A DNA stretch of 64,000 nt, taken from positions 1,787 to 65,786 of the forward strand of contig CACFGT010000004.1 in NCBI GenBank assembly GCA_902565935.1, given 5' to 3'. Within the stretch, counting starts at the first letter, position 1; the number at the start of each line of letters is the position of its first letter. The notes under the pieces were generated by a model that was not told where the DNA came from, ran no database searches, and saw only the letters and a program-made list of their open reading frames with translations. The DNA comes from an uncultured Pelagibacteraceae bacterium (lineage in GTDB: Bacteria > Pseudomonadota > Alphaproteobacteria > Pelagibacterales > Pelagibacteraceae). Position numbers and translations under genes: made by a program. Below, piece after piece: positions 26,930 to 36,876 of the stretch.

Positions 26930-28693
26930 TTAGCTAAATTTGAAACTCATAATATTTGAGCTACCAGATATAGCTGATTTATAATGTTGTTCAGCTCTTG
27001 GCAATACTTTATCAAAATAGAATCTTGCAGTATCTATTTTATCCTCATAGAAATTTTTATTCTCATTAAAGTCTTTAAAGCTTACCTCCAAAACTTTAAT
27101 CCATGCGTACGCAATAGAAACATAGCCTAAAGTTTTTAGATAATCGTTTGCTGCTGCGCTGACATCATCTTTTTCTGATTTTGCTTTATTTATCATCCAT
27201 TCACTAAATCTTTTTAAGATATTTAGATGGTCATTAAAATCTGATACAAATGATTTAATTTTTTCATTGTTTAAATTACATTCAGATTTTATCTGATCTA
27301 AAAATTTGAAAATTATATTCCCATTTTTATTTGATAGTTTTCTAAAAACTAGGTCAGCAGCTTGTACTGAATTAGTTCCCTCATAAATAGGGGTTATTCT
27401 ATTATCTCTATATAACTGTTCTATACCCTGATCTTTTGTATAACCATAGCCACCGTGAATTTGCATTGCATCACTAGTGATTTCCATAGCTAAGTCAGAA
27501 AATAATGATTTTACGACAGGTGTCATCAAAGATACATAATCAGATGCTTCTTGACGAACTTTTTCATTTGAATGATTTAAGCTAACTTCTGTTTGTTGGG
27601 ATAACCAAAAACATAAAGCTCTTTCACCTTCAATAATTGACTTCATATTTAACAATGTTCTTCTGATATCGGCATGTTCAATAATACAGTCAGCTCCATT
27701 TTTCGATTTTGAATTATTAGTTTTTCCTTGTTTTCTCTCTTTTGCGTAAGAAAGAGAATTTTGGTAAGCAATTTCTGAAATACCTAAACCTTGAATACCA
27801 ACAATTATTCTCTCAAGATTCATCATGGTAAACATAGCACTCAAACCTTTTTCTTTAGCACCTATCATATAACCAGTGGCATCATCAAAATTTAAAACAC
27901 ACGTAGCTGATCCTTTAATACCCATCTTAGTCTCAATTGACCCTGTCGATATCCCATTTCTTGGACCCACTGATCCATCATCTTTTACAATAAATTTTGG
28001 CACTAAAAATAGACTTATTCCTTTTGTACCAGCTGGTGAGTCGTCCGCTCTCGCTAAAACTAAGTGAATAATATTTTCTGTTAAATCATGATCTCCAGAT
28101 GTAATAAAGATTTTTTGACCAGTTATTTTAAAAGTTCCATCAGATTGTTTTTTCGCTTTCGTTTTAAGTAATCCTAAATCAGTACCACACACTGGTTCTG
28201 TTAAGCACATAGTGCCACTCCATTTTCCTTCAACTATTTTCGGTAAATATATATTCTTGATTTCATCTGTAGCATGATGATTTATACAATTATATGCACC
28301 AATACTTAACTCGCTATAAAGTTTAAAAGATAGACTAGCTGATGACAGCATCTCATCAAAAAATGCGCTTACTGTTTTTGGCATACCTTGACCTCCATAT
28401 TTTGGATCACAAGATAGAGATGTCCATCCATCTTCGATATACTTTTTATATGCCTCTTTATAACCAGGCGGAGTTCGAACTACACCATTTTCCAAAACTG
28501 CAGGATTTTCATCTCCAACCTTTGCTAGTGGCAAAATAAGATTTTGATTAATTTTTGCTGCCTCTTGTAAAATGTCTTTTACCAAGTCAGATGTGACTTC
28601 TTTATACTTATCCAGTTCATTATATTTTTGATTATTTCTCAATTTTTCAAAAAGAAACATCATATCTTCAACAGGTGCTATATAGCTTGGCAT
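26930..28693 (-). CDS. dmdC: long-form acyl-CoA dehydrogenase, likely MMPA-CoA dehydrogenase
   Basis: 587-aa ACAD with a C-terminal extension. It has ACAD middle and C-terminal domain sequence (TEPVCGTDLG..., IYEGTNSVQA) and is adjacent to dmdB. Confidence 0.7.
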   Translation of the reverse strand: MPSYIAPVEDMMFLFEKLRNNQKYNELDKYKEVTSDLVKDILQEAAKINQNLILPLAKVGDENPAVLENGVVRTPPGYKEAYKKYIEDGWTSLSCDPKYGGQGMPKTVSAFFDEMLSSASLSFKLYSELSIGAYNCINHHATDEIKNIYLPKIVEGKWSGTMCLTEPVCGTDLGLLKTKAKKQSDGTFKITGQKIFITSGDHDLTENIIHLVLARADDSPAGTKGISLFLVPKFIVKDDGSVGPRNGISTGSIETKMGIKGSATCVLNFDDATGYMIGAKEKGLSAMFTMMNLERIIVGIQGLGISEIAYQNSLSYAKERKQGKTNNSKSKNGADCIIEHADIRRTLLNMKSIIEGERALCFWLSQQTEVSLNHSNEKVRQEASDYVSLMTPVVKSLFSDLAMEITSDAMQIHGGYGYTKDQGIEQLYRDNRITPIYEGTNSVQAADLVFRKLSNKNGNIIFKFLDQIKSECNLNNEKIKSFVSDFNDHLNILKRFSEWMINKAKSEKDDVSAAANDYLKTLGYVSIAYAWIKVLEVSFKDFNENKNFYEDKIDTARFYFDKVLPRAEQHYKSAISGSSNIMSFKFS

Positions 28694-28719
28694 GTAATAA
28701 GTTTAAGATAATTAGTTAA

Positions 28720-29826
28720 TTATTGCAATTTTGAAATTATCGCATCGCCCATTTCTGATGTGGATACTTCTTTCATTCCTTTAGACACTATGTCTTTTGT
28801 TCTAAGGCCCTCATTTAACACGCTCTGAACCGCTTTTTCTAAGGCCTCTGCCTCTTTATCAAGATCCAAAGAATATCTTAAGGCCATAGCAAAACTTAAA
28901 ATTGTAGCAATCGGATTTGCAACACCTTTACCTGCTATATCAGGAGCAGATCCATGAATAGGCTCGTACATTGCTCTCATCTCACCATCTTTATTTTTTG
29001 CTCCTAAAGAAGCTGAAGGTAAGAGTCCTAGTGATCCTGTTAACATTGATGCTTGATCAGATAACATATCTCCAAAAAGATTATCTGTTACAATTACATC
29101 AAATTGTTTAGGATTTCGTAAAAGTTGCATTGCACAATTATCTGCAAGCATATGATTTAGTTCTACATCGTTAAATTCTTTATCATGAAGTGCTTGTACT
29201 TCTTCCTTCCAAAGTTGACCTGCTTCCATAACATTTGATTTTTCACAAGAGGTAACTCTGTTAGATCGTTTCTTTGCTAAATCAAAAGCAACCCTGGCTA
29301 CTCTGACTATCTCACTGCTTGTGTAAGTATGAGTATTAATTCCTTTTCTTTCACCATTTTCAATTGGTTTAATTCCTCTTGGTTCACCGAAGTAAATTCC
29401 ACCTGTTAACTCTCTCACAATCATTATATCTAAACCAGAAACAATTTCAGGTTTTAAAGTTGATGCATCAACTAACTGTTTAAAACATATCGCAGGTCTT
29501 AAATTTGCAAAAAGCTTAAGTTCTTTTCTTAATTTTAAAAGTGCTCTTTCTGGTTTTTTGGAAAACTCTACTTTGTCCCACTTAGGTCCACCAACAGCAC
29601 CTAGCATAACGACTGCACTTTCTAATGCTTTGTAAAAAACTTCATCAGTTATCGGTGTACCATGTTTATCATAAGAACATCCTCCTGCTAAATCCTCATC
29701 AATTTCAAAATCAAGAGACTTTTTTTCATTAAACCAATTTATAGTCTTTCTTACTTCGGCTATAACCTCTGGACCAATCCCATCTCCAGGAAGTAATAAA
29801 ATTTTCCTTTTTTTTACTTTAATCAT
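28720..29826 (-). CDS. leuB: 3-isopropylmalate dehydrogenase
   Basis: [10 protein letters not shown] and [12 protein letters not shown] motifs. 368 aa, downstream of leuCD. Confidence 0.95.
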   Translation of the reverse strand: MIKVKKRKILLLPGDGIGPEVIAEVRKTINWFNEKKSLDFEIDEDLAGGCSYDKHGTPITDEVFYKALESAVVMLGAVGGPKWDKVEFSKKPERALLKLRKELKLFANLRPAICFKQLVDASTLKPEIVSGLDIMIVRELTGGIYFGEPRGIKPIENGERKGINTHTYTSSEIVRVARVAFDLAKKRSNRVTSCEKSNVMEAGQLWKEEVQALHDKEFNDVELNHMLADNCAMQLLRNPKQFDVIVTDNLFGDMLSDQASMLTGSLGLLPSASLGAKNKDGEMRAMYEPIHGSAPDIAGKGVANPIATILSFAMALRYSLDLDKEAEALEKAVQSVLNEGLRTKDIVSKGMKEVSTSEMGDAIISKLQ

Positions 29827-30424
29827 TAATAATCCATGGTTTTTTATTTATTAAATTTTTTTCAAAAATTTCTATTTTATCTGATTTTTTCAAAGATAAG
29901 GCTATATCGTCTAAACCTTCTAAGAGACACTTTTTTTTAAAAGAATCTACTTTAAATTTTAATTCATTATTTCCGTAAACTATTTTCTCATCATTTAAAT
30001 CAACCGAAATTTCTTCTTTTCTATTTGCATACTCTGATAATTCTTTTATTTTCTCGTCATCGAGAATAATTGGCAAAATTCCATTTTTAAAACAATTACT
30101 ATAAAATATGTCTGCAAAACTAGAACTAATAACGCATGTAATCCCAAAATCTAATAACGCCCATGGAGCATGTTCTCTAGATGAACCACATCCAAAATTT
30201 TTTCCTGCAATTAAAATTTTTGACTCATTGAAAGGACTTTGATTAAGAATAAAATCATTAATTATTTTTCCCTCTACATCATACCTCATCTCATAAAAAA
30301 GATTTTTACCAAGTCCAGTTCTTTTAATTGTTTTAAGAAATTGCTTAGGAATAATCATATCTGTATCGATATTTACTATTGGTAAATATGCTGGAATACT
30401 TTTTAAGTTAGTAAATTTCTGCAT
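29819..30424 (-). CDS. leuD: 3-isopropylmalate dehydratase small subunit
   Basis: 201 aa. [17 protein letters not shown] motif. Abuts leuC. Confidence 0.9.
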   Translation of the reverse strand: MQKFTNLKSIPAYLPIVNIDTDMIIPKQFLKTIKRTGLGKNLFYEMRYDVEGKIINDFILNQSPFNESKILIAGKNFGCGSSREHAPWALLDFGITCVISSSFADIFYSNCFKNGILPIILDDEKIKELSEYANRKEEISVDLNDEKIVYGNNELKFKVDSFKKKCLLEGLDDIALSLKKSDKIEIFEKNLINKKPWIIND

Positions 30425-31827
30425 TAACTTTGATACTTTCTTACATCATCTAAATTTCCTGAAATAGCTGCTGCCGCTGCCATTCCTGGACTTACAAGAT
30501 GAGTTCTTCCACCTCTACCTTGTCTCCCCTCAAAATTTCTATTAGATGTTGATGCACATCTTTCTTCTGGTTTTAATTTATCTGCATTCATTGCTAAGCA
30601 CATTGAACAACCTGGTTCTCTCCACTCAAATCCTGAGCTAACAAATATCTTATCTAGACCTTCTTGTTCTGCTTGCTCTTTGACTAATCCAGATCCTGGT
30701 ACCACCATAGCATGGACGTGAGAGGCTATTTTTTTATCTTTTAAAATTTTTGCAGCTTCTCTTAAATCTTCTATTCTTCCATTTGTACAGCTGCCAATAA
30801 AAACTTTATCTATTTTAATATCCTTAGCAGCCATGTTAGGTTTTAAACCCATATATTTTAAAGATCTTTCTAATGAATTCTTTTTATCTTCATCTTTCTC
30901 AGCATCAGGATTTGGAACTTTACCATCAATCGTTATTACATCCTGTGGAGATGTTCCCCATGTTATCATAGGTAAAATTTCATTGGCCTCTAAACTTATT
31001 TCTTTTTCAAATTTCGCATCATCATCTGAATTTAAACTCGTCCAATATTCTAAAGCTTTGTCCCATTTTTCACCTTTAGGAGACATTGGTTTTCCACTTA
31101 AATATTTAAATATCTTTTCATCTGGTGCAATCAATCCTGCTCTTGCACCACCTTCAATAGTCATATTGCATATAGTCATCCTTTGTTCCACACTTAGTGA
31201 TCTAATCAAATCTCCAGCATATTCAACAACACACCCAGTGCCTCCAGCTGTTCCAATTTTTCCAATTATTTGCAGGATTACATCTTTTGATGTTACCCCT
31301 AAAGGAAGTTTTCCATTAACATTAATTCTAAAATTTTTTGCTTTTTTTTGCACTAAGGTTTGTGTTGCTAGAACATGTTCAACCTCTGACGTTCCAATTC
31401 CAAATGCTAAAGCTCCAAATGCACCGTGTGTAGCTGTATGACTATCTCCACAAACAATTACTGTGCCTGGTTGGGTAAATCCTTGCTCAGGTCCAATTAT
31501 ATGAACAATTCCTTGTCTTTTATCATTCATACCAAAAAGTTGTATACCAAATTCTTTACAATTTTTTTCCAATGTATCCACCTGAATTTTAGACTCTTGG
31601 TCTGCTATACCATTTGTCCTATCAGTCGTTGGAACGTTATGATCTGCAACAGCTAATGTTAAATTTGGATGCCTTACTTTTCGATTAGAATTCCTAAGAC
31701 CTTCAAAAGCTTGAGGACTGGTCACTTCGTGAACAAGATGTCTATCAACAAATAATAAAGCTGTACCATCAGTTTGCTGATCAACTAAGTGGTCATTCCA
31801 AATTTTATCGTAAAGTGTATTTGGCAT
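30424..31827 (-). CDS. leuC: 3-isopropylmalate dehydratase large subunit
   Basis: Aconitase-family Fe-S ligand contexts (VCGDSHT, GSCTNGR, GCSMCL). 467 aa. Confidence 0.95.
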   Translation of the reverse strand: MPNTLYDKIWNDHLVDQQTDGTALLFVDRHLVHEVTSPQAFEGLRNSNRKVRHPNLTLAVADHNVPTTDRTNGIADQESKIQVDTLEKNCKEFGIQLFGMNDKRQGIVHIIGPEQGFTQPGTVIVCGDSHTATHGAFGALAFGIGTSEVEHVLATQTLVQKKAKNFRINVNGKLPLGVTSKDVILQIIGKIGTAGGTGCVVEYAGDLIRSLSVEQRMTICNMTIEGGARAGLIAPDEKIFKYLSGKPMSPKGEKWDKALEYWTSLNSDDDAKFEKEISLEANEILPMITWGTSPQDVITIDGKVPNPDAEKDEDKKNSLERSLKYMGLKPNMAAKDIKIDKVFIGSCTNGRIEDLREAAKILKDKKIASHVHAMVVPGSGLVKEQAEQEGLDKIFVSSGFEWREPGCSMCLAMNADKLKPEERCASTSNRNFEGRQGRGGRTHLVSPGMAAAAAISGNLDDVRKYQS

Positions 31828-31838
31828 TGAAAAAAAAA

Positions 31839-32417
31839 TTATTTTTTTTCTGTTGAGCTTTCTACTTCTTTTTTAGCTTCCGTTTTAGGAGCTTCTTCCT
31901 TTTTAGCTTCTACCTTAGGAGTCTCTTCCTTTTTAACTTCTGCTTTAGGAGCTTCTGTTTTATCTTCTTCTTTTGAAGTAACAGGAGCAAGATTATCTTC
32001 TGTTACCGTTTCAGGTTTAACTTCAATATCTATACCGATTTTTTTTCTAATCTTTTCTGCAATTCTTGCTGATTTACCAGTTCTATCTCTTAAATAATAT
32101 AATTTTGCTCTTCGTACTTTTCCAGAACGTATAACCTTAATCGTATCAATAACTGTTCCAAATAATGGAAATGTTCTCTCAACACCTTCTCCAAAAGATA
32201 TTTTCCTAACAGTAAATGAGGAATTTAAATCTCTACTTTTTTTAGCTATACAAACACCTTCAAAATATTGAATTCTTTCTTTTTTTCCTTCAGTAATTCT
32301 TACACCAACTTTAACAACATCACCCGGAAAAAATTCAGGAATCTTCTTTTCAGAAAGAATTTTTTTTACATTGAGTTGATTTATTTCTTCTATTGTTTTC
32401 ATTCTAGTATTTATCAA
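31839..32417 (-). CDS. rplS: 50S ribosomal protein L19 with a Lys/Glu/Pro/Ala repeat C-terminal extension
   Basis: L19 core ([35 protein letters not shown]...RRAKLYYLR) followed by about 65 extra residues, including [23 protein letters not shown] repeats. An alternative start is Met6. Confidence 0.9.
   Translation of the reverse strand: MINTRMKTIEEINQLNVKKILSEKKIPEFFPGDVVKVGVRITEGKKERIQYFEGVCIAKKSRDLNSSFTVRKISFGEGVERTFPLFGTVIDTIKVIRSGKVRRAKLYYLRDRTGKSARIAEKIRKKIGIDIEVKPETVTEDNLAPVTSKEEDKTEAPKAEVKKEETPKVEAKKEEAPKTEAKKEVESSTEKK
31871..31960 (-). repeat. three degenerate 30-bp in-frame tandem repeats encoding the L19 tail
   Basis: The units ttttagcttccgttttaggagcttcttcct / ttttagcttctaccttaggagtctcttcct / ttttaacttctgctttaggagcttctgttt are read directly from the sequence. 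Confidence 0.85.
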
Positions 32418-32418
32418 T

Positions 32419-33105
32419 TTAATTCTTCTTATATTTTTGCCACATATCTGGTCTTCGGACGCGTGTTATAGCCTCAGATTGAGATAAACGCCAGTCTTTA
32501 ATTTTAGCGTGATCACCTGATAATAACACCTCTGGCACTGATTTCTGCTCCCAAATCTGTGGTTTTGTATATTGAGGATACTCTAAAAGACCATTTTCAA
32601 AAGTTTCCTCAGAAGCTGATTTTTCATTACCTAAAACTCCAGGCACAAGTCTCAATACGCTATCAAGAACTACAATTGCAGCTGTTTCTCCACCAGACAA
32701 CACATAATCTCCTATACTTATTTCCTCTATATTTCTTGTAGTTAAAACTCTCTCATCAACTCCTTCAAAATGTCCACAAATTAGAGAAAATGATTTTACC
32801 TTAGATAATTCCACGGCAAGACTTTGATCAAATTTTTTACCTTTAGGTGAAAGGTAAAAAATTCTCTCTCCTTTATTTATATTCTGATCGATGGATTTTG
32901 CTAAAACGTCAGGTTTAAGCAACATTCCTGTTCCACCACCATATGGTGTATCATCAACAGTTTTATGTTTATCTGTTGCTGCATCTCTAATATTAATCAC
33001 ATTTAAGCTCCACAATCTCTTAGCCATTGCTTTACCATAAAGGCCTTTATTTAACGGGCCAGGAAAAACTTCTGGATAAAGTGTAAAAACTTGTGCTTGC
33101 AACAT
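32419..33105 (-). CDS. trmD: tRNA (guanine37-N1)-methyltransferase
   Basis: 228 aa. TrmD motifs ([38 protein letters not shown]). Confidence 0.9.
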   Translation of the reverse strand: MLQAQVFTLYPEVFPGPLNKGLYGKAMAKRLWSLNVINIRDAATDKHKTVDDTPYGGGTGMLLKPDVLAKSIDQNINKGERIFYLSPKGKKFDQSLAVELSKVKSFSLICGHFEGVDERVLTTRNIEEISIGDYVLSGGETAAIVVLDSVLRLVPGVLGNEKSASEETFENGLLEYPQYTKPQIWEQKSVPEVLLSGDHAKIKDWRLSQSEAITRVRRPDMWQKYKKN

Positions 33106-33119
33106 AGATAAACTTTTTT

Positions 33120-33602
33120 TTATTTCTTTTCTTCCTTTTTAGCTTCAGCTTTTGGAGCTTCCTCTTTTTTAGCCTCTGCTTTTGGAGCTTCCTCTTTTTT
33201 AGCCTCTGCTTTTGGAGCTTCATCTTTTTTAACTTCTCCAGCTGGAGCAGCATCTGCTTTAGGAGACTCTTCCTTTTTGGTCTCTTCAGAACCTTCTTTT
33301 TTTCTATCTTTTTTTGGAATTGCTTTTTGTGGGTTATTTCCATTAGCAGGCATAGGCATCAATTCATTCTCACCTAAAATTCTAGCCACTCTTGTTGTGG
33401 GTTGTGCGCCTTGACCTAGCCAGTATTTTATTCTCTCAGCCTCTAATCCAATTCTTTCCTTTTTTTCTTTTGGTAATAGTGGATTAAAAAAACCTACTTT
33501 CTCTATAAATCTACCATCTCTAGCAAATCGACTGTCAGCCACAACAACCTTGTAAACAGGTCTCTTTTTTGTACCGCCCCTAGATAATCTTAATTTTAAC
33601 AT
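33120..33602 (-). CDS. rpsP: 30S ribosomal protein S16 with an ([10 protein letters not shown])n C-terminal extension
   Basis: S16 core ([41 protein letters not shown]) followed by about 75 extra residues ending in [35 protein letters not shown]. Confidence 0.9.
   Translation of the reverse strand: MLKLRLSRGGTKKRPVYKVVVADSRFARDGRFIEKVGFFNPLLPKEKKERIGLEAERIKYWLGQGAQPTTRVARILGENELMPMPANGNNPQKAIPKKDRKKEGSEETKKEESPKADAAPAGEVKKDEAPKAEAKKEEAPKAEAKKEEAPKAEAKKEEKK
33121..33240 (-). repeat. 30-bp in-frame tandem repeat (two perfect copies plus degenerate flanking copies) encoding the S16 tail
   Basis: tttggagcttcctcttttttagcctctgct occurs at 33151-33180 and again at 33181-33210. Diverged copies lie at 33121-33150 and 33211-33240. 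Confidence 0.9.
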
Positions 33603-33614
33603 TTACTCTCCTTT

Positions 33615-34973
33615 TTATTTTAATTGATTAAATAATTCTGGTGGTATTCCTTTATCAGACATACCTTTCAGATTTCCTTTTGACATCTTTTTCATCATTT
33701 CAGACATCATTTTAAATTGTTTCAACAATTTATTGATAGTGGCCGGATCAGTTCCTGAACCATTAGCAATTCTTTTTTTTCTAGAACCATCAATTATTTT
33801 TGGGTTCTCTCTTTCCTTTTTTGTCATTGATAAAATTATAGCTTCATTTTTTGTAATAACACTCTCATCAATACCAGCTGCATCCATTTGAGATTTCACT
33901 TTTGAAACTCCAGGCATAAAAGACATGATACCTTCGATTCCTCCCATTTTTTTCATTTGTCTCAGTTGAGTTAAATAATCTTGCATTGAGAATTGTCCTT
34001 TTTTTAGGTTTTCCTCTGTTTTTTTTATATTTTCTTCCCCAAGATCTTGAGCTGCTTTTTCAACAAGAGAAACGATATCTCCCATCCCAAGAATTCTATT
34101 TGCAATTCTATCTGGATGAAAAACTTCAAGATTCTCAATCTTTTCACCAATACCTAAAAATTTAATTGGGACCTGTGAAACAAATTTCATACTTACAGCT
34201 GCTCCACCTCTCGCATCACCATCGGCTCTTGTTAAAATAATTCCAGATAAATTTACTGTATTATTGAATTCTTTTGCTACCGATGCAGCTACTTGTCCAG
34301 TAAGCGAATCTGCAACTAAAAAAGTCTCTGCAGGTTTGATGGTATTTTCAATCTGTTTAATTTCACTCATCATTTGTAAATCTATTTGTGTTCTACCAGC
34401 AGTGTCGAATAAGATAATATCTGCGCCATTTAAGTTTGCTGCACTAATTGCTCTTTGACAAATATCACTGGGTTGTTGGCCTTCAATTATTGGAAGAGTT
34501 AATATATTGTTTTGTTCACCTAAAGTTTTTAATTGCTCTTGAGCAGCTGGTCTGTAAATATCTAAACTAACCATCATTACTTTCTTTTTTTTTGTATTCT
34601 CTAAATATCTCGCAAGTTTAGCTGTTGTTGTTGTTTTACCAGATCCTTGTAACCCAACCAGCATCATTGGTACTGGTGGCACTGCATTTAAATTTACATC
34701 ATTATTTTTTTCACCCAAAAGATTAACTAATTCATCATAAACAATCTTTACCACCATATCACCAGGTGATGTTGATCTGATAATTTCTTGACCTAATGCT
34801 TTTGGTTTAACCTTTTCAATAAAATCTTTAGCAACTTCAAGAGACACATCAGCTTCTAATAAAGCTTGTCTAATTCCTCTTAATCCTTCATCAACCTGAT
34901 TTTCATCAAGTGACGGGGCTTTTTTTAATGAGGAAAAAACTTCCTCGAATTTATTTGTTAAATTTTCAAACAT
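33615..34973 (-). CDS. ffh: signal recognition particle protein Ffh
   Basis: GTPase motifs GLQGSGKTTT and DTAGR, plus a Met-rich M domain (MKKMGGIEGIMSFMPG ... MMSEMMKKM). The start is set at the ATG giving MFENLTNKFEEVF. The ORF track's 9-codon upstream extension is unlikely. Confidence 0.93.
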   Translation of the reverse strand: MFENLTNKFEEVFSSLKKAPSLDENQVDEGLRGIRQALLEADVSLEVAKDFIEKVKPKALGQEIIRSTSPGDMVVKIVYDELVNLLGEKNNDVNLNAVPPVPMMLVGLQGSGKTTTTAKLARYLENTKKKKVMMVSLDIYRPAAQEQLKTLGEQNNILTLPIIEGQQPSDICQRAISAANLNGADIILFDTAGRTQIDLQMMSEIKQIENTIKPAETFLVADSLTGQVAASVAKEFNNTVNLSGIILTRADGDARGGAAVSMKFVSQVPIKFLGIGEKIENLEVFHPDRIANRILGMGDIVSLVEKAAQDLGEENIKKTEENLKKGQFSMQDYLTQLRQMKKMGGIEGIMSFMPGVSKVKSQMDAAGIDESVITKNEAIILSMTKKERENPKIIDGSRKKRIANGSGTDPATINKLLKQFKMMSEMMKKMSKGNLKGMSDKGIPPELFNQLK

Positions 34974-34997
34974 ATTTATTACACACAGCAGTAATCG

Positions 34998-35074
34998 CAC
35001 TAGTGGGCGAACCCTCGCTGACTAGTGTCGATCTCTTTGTTTCCAAAGACACCGCAAATTTAATGTTTTTGCGG
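34998..35074 (-). promoter_or_regulatory. three consecutive hairpins in the ffh/dapF divergent spacer (candidate structured 5' leader or small RNA)
   Basis: Plus-strand coordinates. CACTAGT..ACTAGTG with an inner GCGA/TCGC stem (34998-35027). TCTTTG/CAAAGA (35034-35049), whose loop reads GAAA on the minus strand. CCGCAAA/TTTGCGG (35052-35074). The segment is locally much more GC-rich than its surroundings. Confidence 0.35.
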
Positions 35075-35134
35075 AAACTGCCACAAACTATAATAGAGGT
35101 TCAAAAAGTCAATAAATAAGTTAAATAACTATAT

Positions 35135-35959
35135 ATGGACTTAAAAGCTTTTAAAATGGACGGATTAGGTAATGATTTTGTAATAATCGATAATAGAGAG
35201 AAATTTACCAATTTAACAAAAGATCAGATAGTTAAAATTTGTGACAGAAATTTTATTGGTTGCGACCAATTAATATTTATTGATCCAGATAGTTCTACAG
35301 ATGCAAGTTTAAGATTTTTTAATTCAGATGGAGGAGAGTCTGGAGCATGTGGAAATGGAACGAGATGTGTTGCAAATTTAATTTCAAATGAAAAAAATAA
35401 AAAACTTATAATTTTAAATACACTATCTGGAAAATTAAAATCTGAAATATTAGAAAAAAAAATTGTTACAACAGAAATTGGTAAAGCAAAGTTAAAATGG
35501 GATGAAATACCTTTATCAAAAGAAATGGATACAAAAAATTTAAATATCAAAATTATTGATACAAATAATAATGAGTATTTAGGTGGTACTGCAATTAATG
35601 TGGGTAACCCTCATATTGTTTTTTTTGTTAAAAGGATTGAGGATTTTAATATAGAGAAAATTGGTCCTGAGATTGAAAATCATGAAATCTTCCCACAAAA
35701 ATGTAACGTAACAATTGCGCAAATTTTTAATAAAAGTTTGATTAAAGTAAAGGTTTGGGAAAGAGGAGCTGGTCTTACTAAAGCGTGTGGAACTGCAGCG
35801 TGTGCTACAGCATATGCTGGTAAATTAAATAATCTTACAGAAAATAAAACTGATATAGAGTTTTCAACTGGAAAATTGTCAATTTCAATAGATGAAAATA
35901 ATTCGATTCACATGAAAGGACCTGTTTCAGATATTAAAGAAATAAATATAAAATTGTAA
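35135..35959 (+). CDS. dapF: diaminopimelate epimerase
   Basis: Active-site Cys contexts (SGACGNGTRC and TKACGTAACA). N-terminus FKMDGLGNDFVIID. 274 aa. Confidence 0.9.
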   Translation: MDLKAFKMDGLGNDFVIIDNREKFTNLTKDQIVKICDRNFIGCDQLIFIDPDSSTDASLRFFNSDGGESGACGNGTRCVANLISNEKNKKLIILNTLSGKLKSEILEKKIVTTEIGKAKLKWDEIPLSKEMDTKNLNIKIIDTNNNEYLGGTAINVGNPHIVFFVKRIEDFNIEKIGPEIENHEIFPQKCNVTIAQIFNKSLIKVKVWERGAGLTKACGTAACATAYAGKLNNLTENKTDIEFSTGKLSISIDENNSIHMKGPVSDIKEINIKL

Positions 35960-36876
35960 TGGGAATCTTTGATAAATTTAAAATCGGATTTAAGAAAAGT
36001 GCATCAGCGTTTACAACTGGACTTAAAGAAATAATTGTTAAAAAAGAAATTAATGATGAGAATTTAAATAAAATTGAAGAATTTTTAATTCAATCAGATG
36101 TAGGAGTTGAGGCTGCCTCAGAAATAAAGGAAATAATTTCTAGAAAAAAAATTGATCCAAGTAAAGATTTGTCTAAAGAAGTAAATTCTATTTTAAAAGA
36201 ATATATAATTTCTTTAATGAAACCTTTAGAGAATAGATCTTTTTTTGAAAAAAAAGAAAAGCTTAATGCAACGTTAATTTCTGGTGTGAACGGTGTTGGG
36301 AAAACAACAACTATCGGTAAAATTGGAAAAATATTGAAGACTAACGGCAGTAAAGTCATGTTTGCAGCTTCAGATACTTTTCGTGCCGCTGCAATTGAAC
36401 AACTGGAAAATTGGGCAAGTAAAGTAGATGTTCAAATAGTAAAATCATCTCAAGGAGCCGATCCTGCGTCTGTTGCTTTTAAAGCTGTTGATGAAGCTAT
36501 TAAAAATGATTTTGATCAAGTTTTGATAGATACTGCAGGAAGACTTCAAAATAAAAAAAATTTAATGGAAGAATATAAAAAGATAGCTAATGTCACAAAA
36601 AAAATAGATCCAAACGCACCTCACAATGTTATTTTAGTTTTAGATGCAACCTCAGGACAAAATGTATTAAATCAAGTCGAAGAATTTAATAAAATTATCC
36701 CAATAACAGGTATCGTAATGACAAAATTAGATGGCACAGCTAAGGGAGGAATTTTGTTAGCTTTAGCAAAAAAATATAAAATTTCAATTATTGCACTAGG
36801 CTTAGGTGAAAAAGAAGACGACTTACAGTTGTTCGAAGCAGAAAAATTTGCTGAGGCTTTTACTCAAATTAATTGA
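35959..36876 (+). CDS. ftsY: signal recognition particle receptor FtsY
   Basis: GVNGVGKTTT, DTAGR and TKLDGTAKGG motifs. A short-form FtsY of 305 aa. Confidence 0.92.
   Translation: MGIFDKFKIGFKKSASAFTTGLKEIIVKKEINDENLNKIEEFLIQSDVGVEAASEIKEIISRKKIDPSKDLSKEVNSILKEYIISLMKPLENRSFFEKKEKLNATLISGVNGVGKTTTIGKIGKILKTNGSKVMFAASDTFRAAAIEQLENWASKVDVQIVKSSQGADPASVAFKAVDEAIKNDFDQVLIDTAGRLQNKKNLMEEYKKIANVTKKIDPNAPHNVILVLDATSGQNVLNQVEEFNKIIPITGIVMTKLDGTAKGGILLALAKKYKISIIALGLGEKEDDLQLFEAEKFAEAFTQIN

Noticed and set aside
30833-31441. 202-aa ORF antisense to leuC, plus similar long antisense or alternate-frame ORFs (for example 5797-6210, 13776-14159, 18449-18820, 20248-20607, 40886-41242, 62743-63117)
   Set aside because: These are shadow ORFs inside strongly conserved genes. 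Their translations are low-complexity Ser/Pro/Phe-rich sequences with no motifs. They are typical antisense artefacts.
33121-33240. Regularly spaced 30-bp direct repeats (and the similar set at 31871-31960), considered as a possible CRISPR array or minisatellite
   Set aside because: The repeats are contiguous with no spacers, are in frame, and lie inside rpsP and rplS. They encode decapeptide repeats, and no cas genes are present.
33047-33343. 98-aa ORF rich in KKRKLQK repeats, on the minus strand
   Set aside because: It is the out-of-frame reading of the 30-bp repeat that encodes the S16 tail, and it also overlaps the trmD 5' end. The S16 frame carries a recognisable protein core and this frame does not.
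34974-35000. Nine-codon N-terminal extension of ffh (MRLLLCVIN) in the ORF track
   Set aside because: Ffh proteins begin at the MFxxLxxxF helix. The extension has no homology and falls within the structured spacer. The start was set at 34973.
34998-35074. GC-rich structured segment next to ffh, considered as SRP (4.5S) RNA, a tRNA or tmRNA
   Set aside because: It lacks the conserved SRP domain IV sequence (GGAAG...AGCA context), has no tRNA cloverleaf or T-loop GTTCGAATC-type motif, and has no CCA-proximal tmRNA features. It is kept only as an unclassified structured element.
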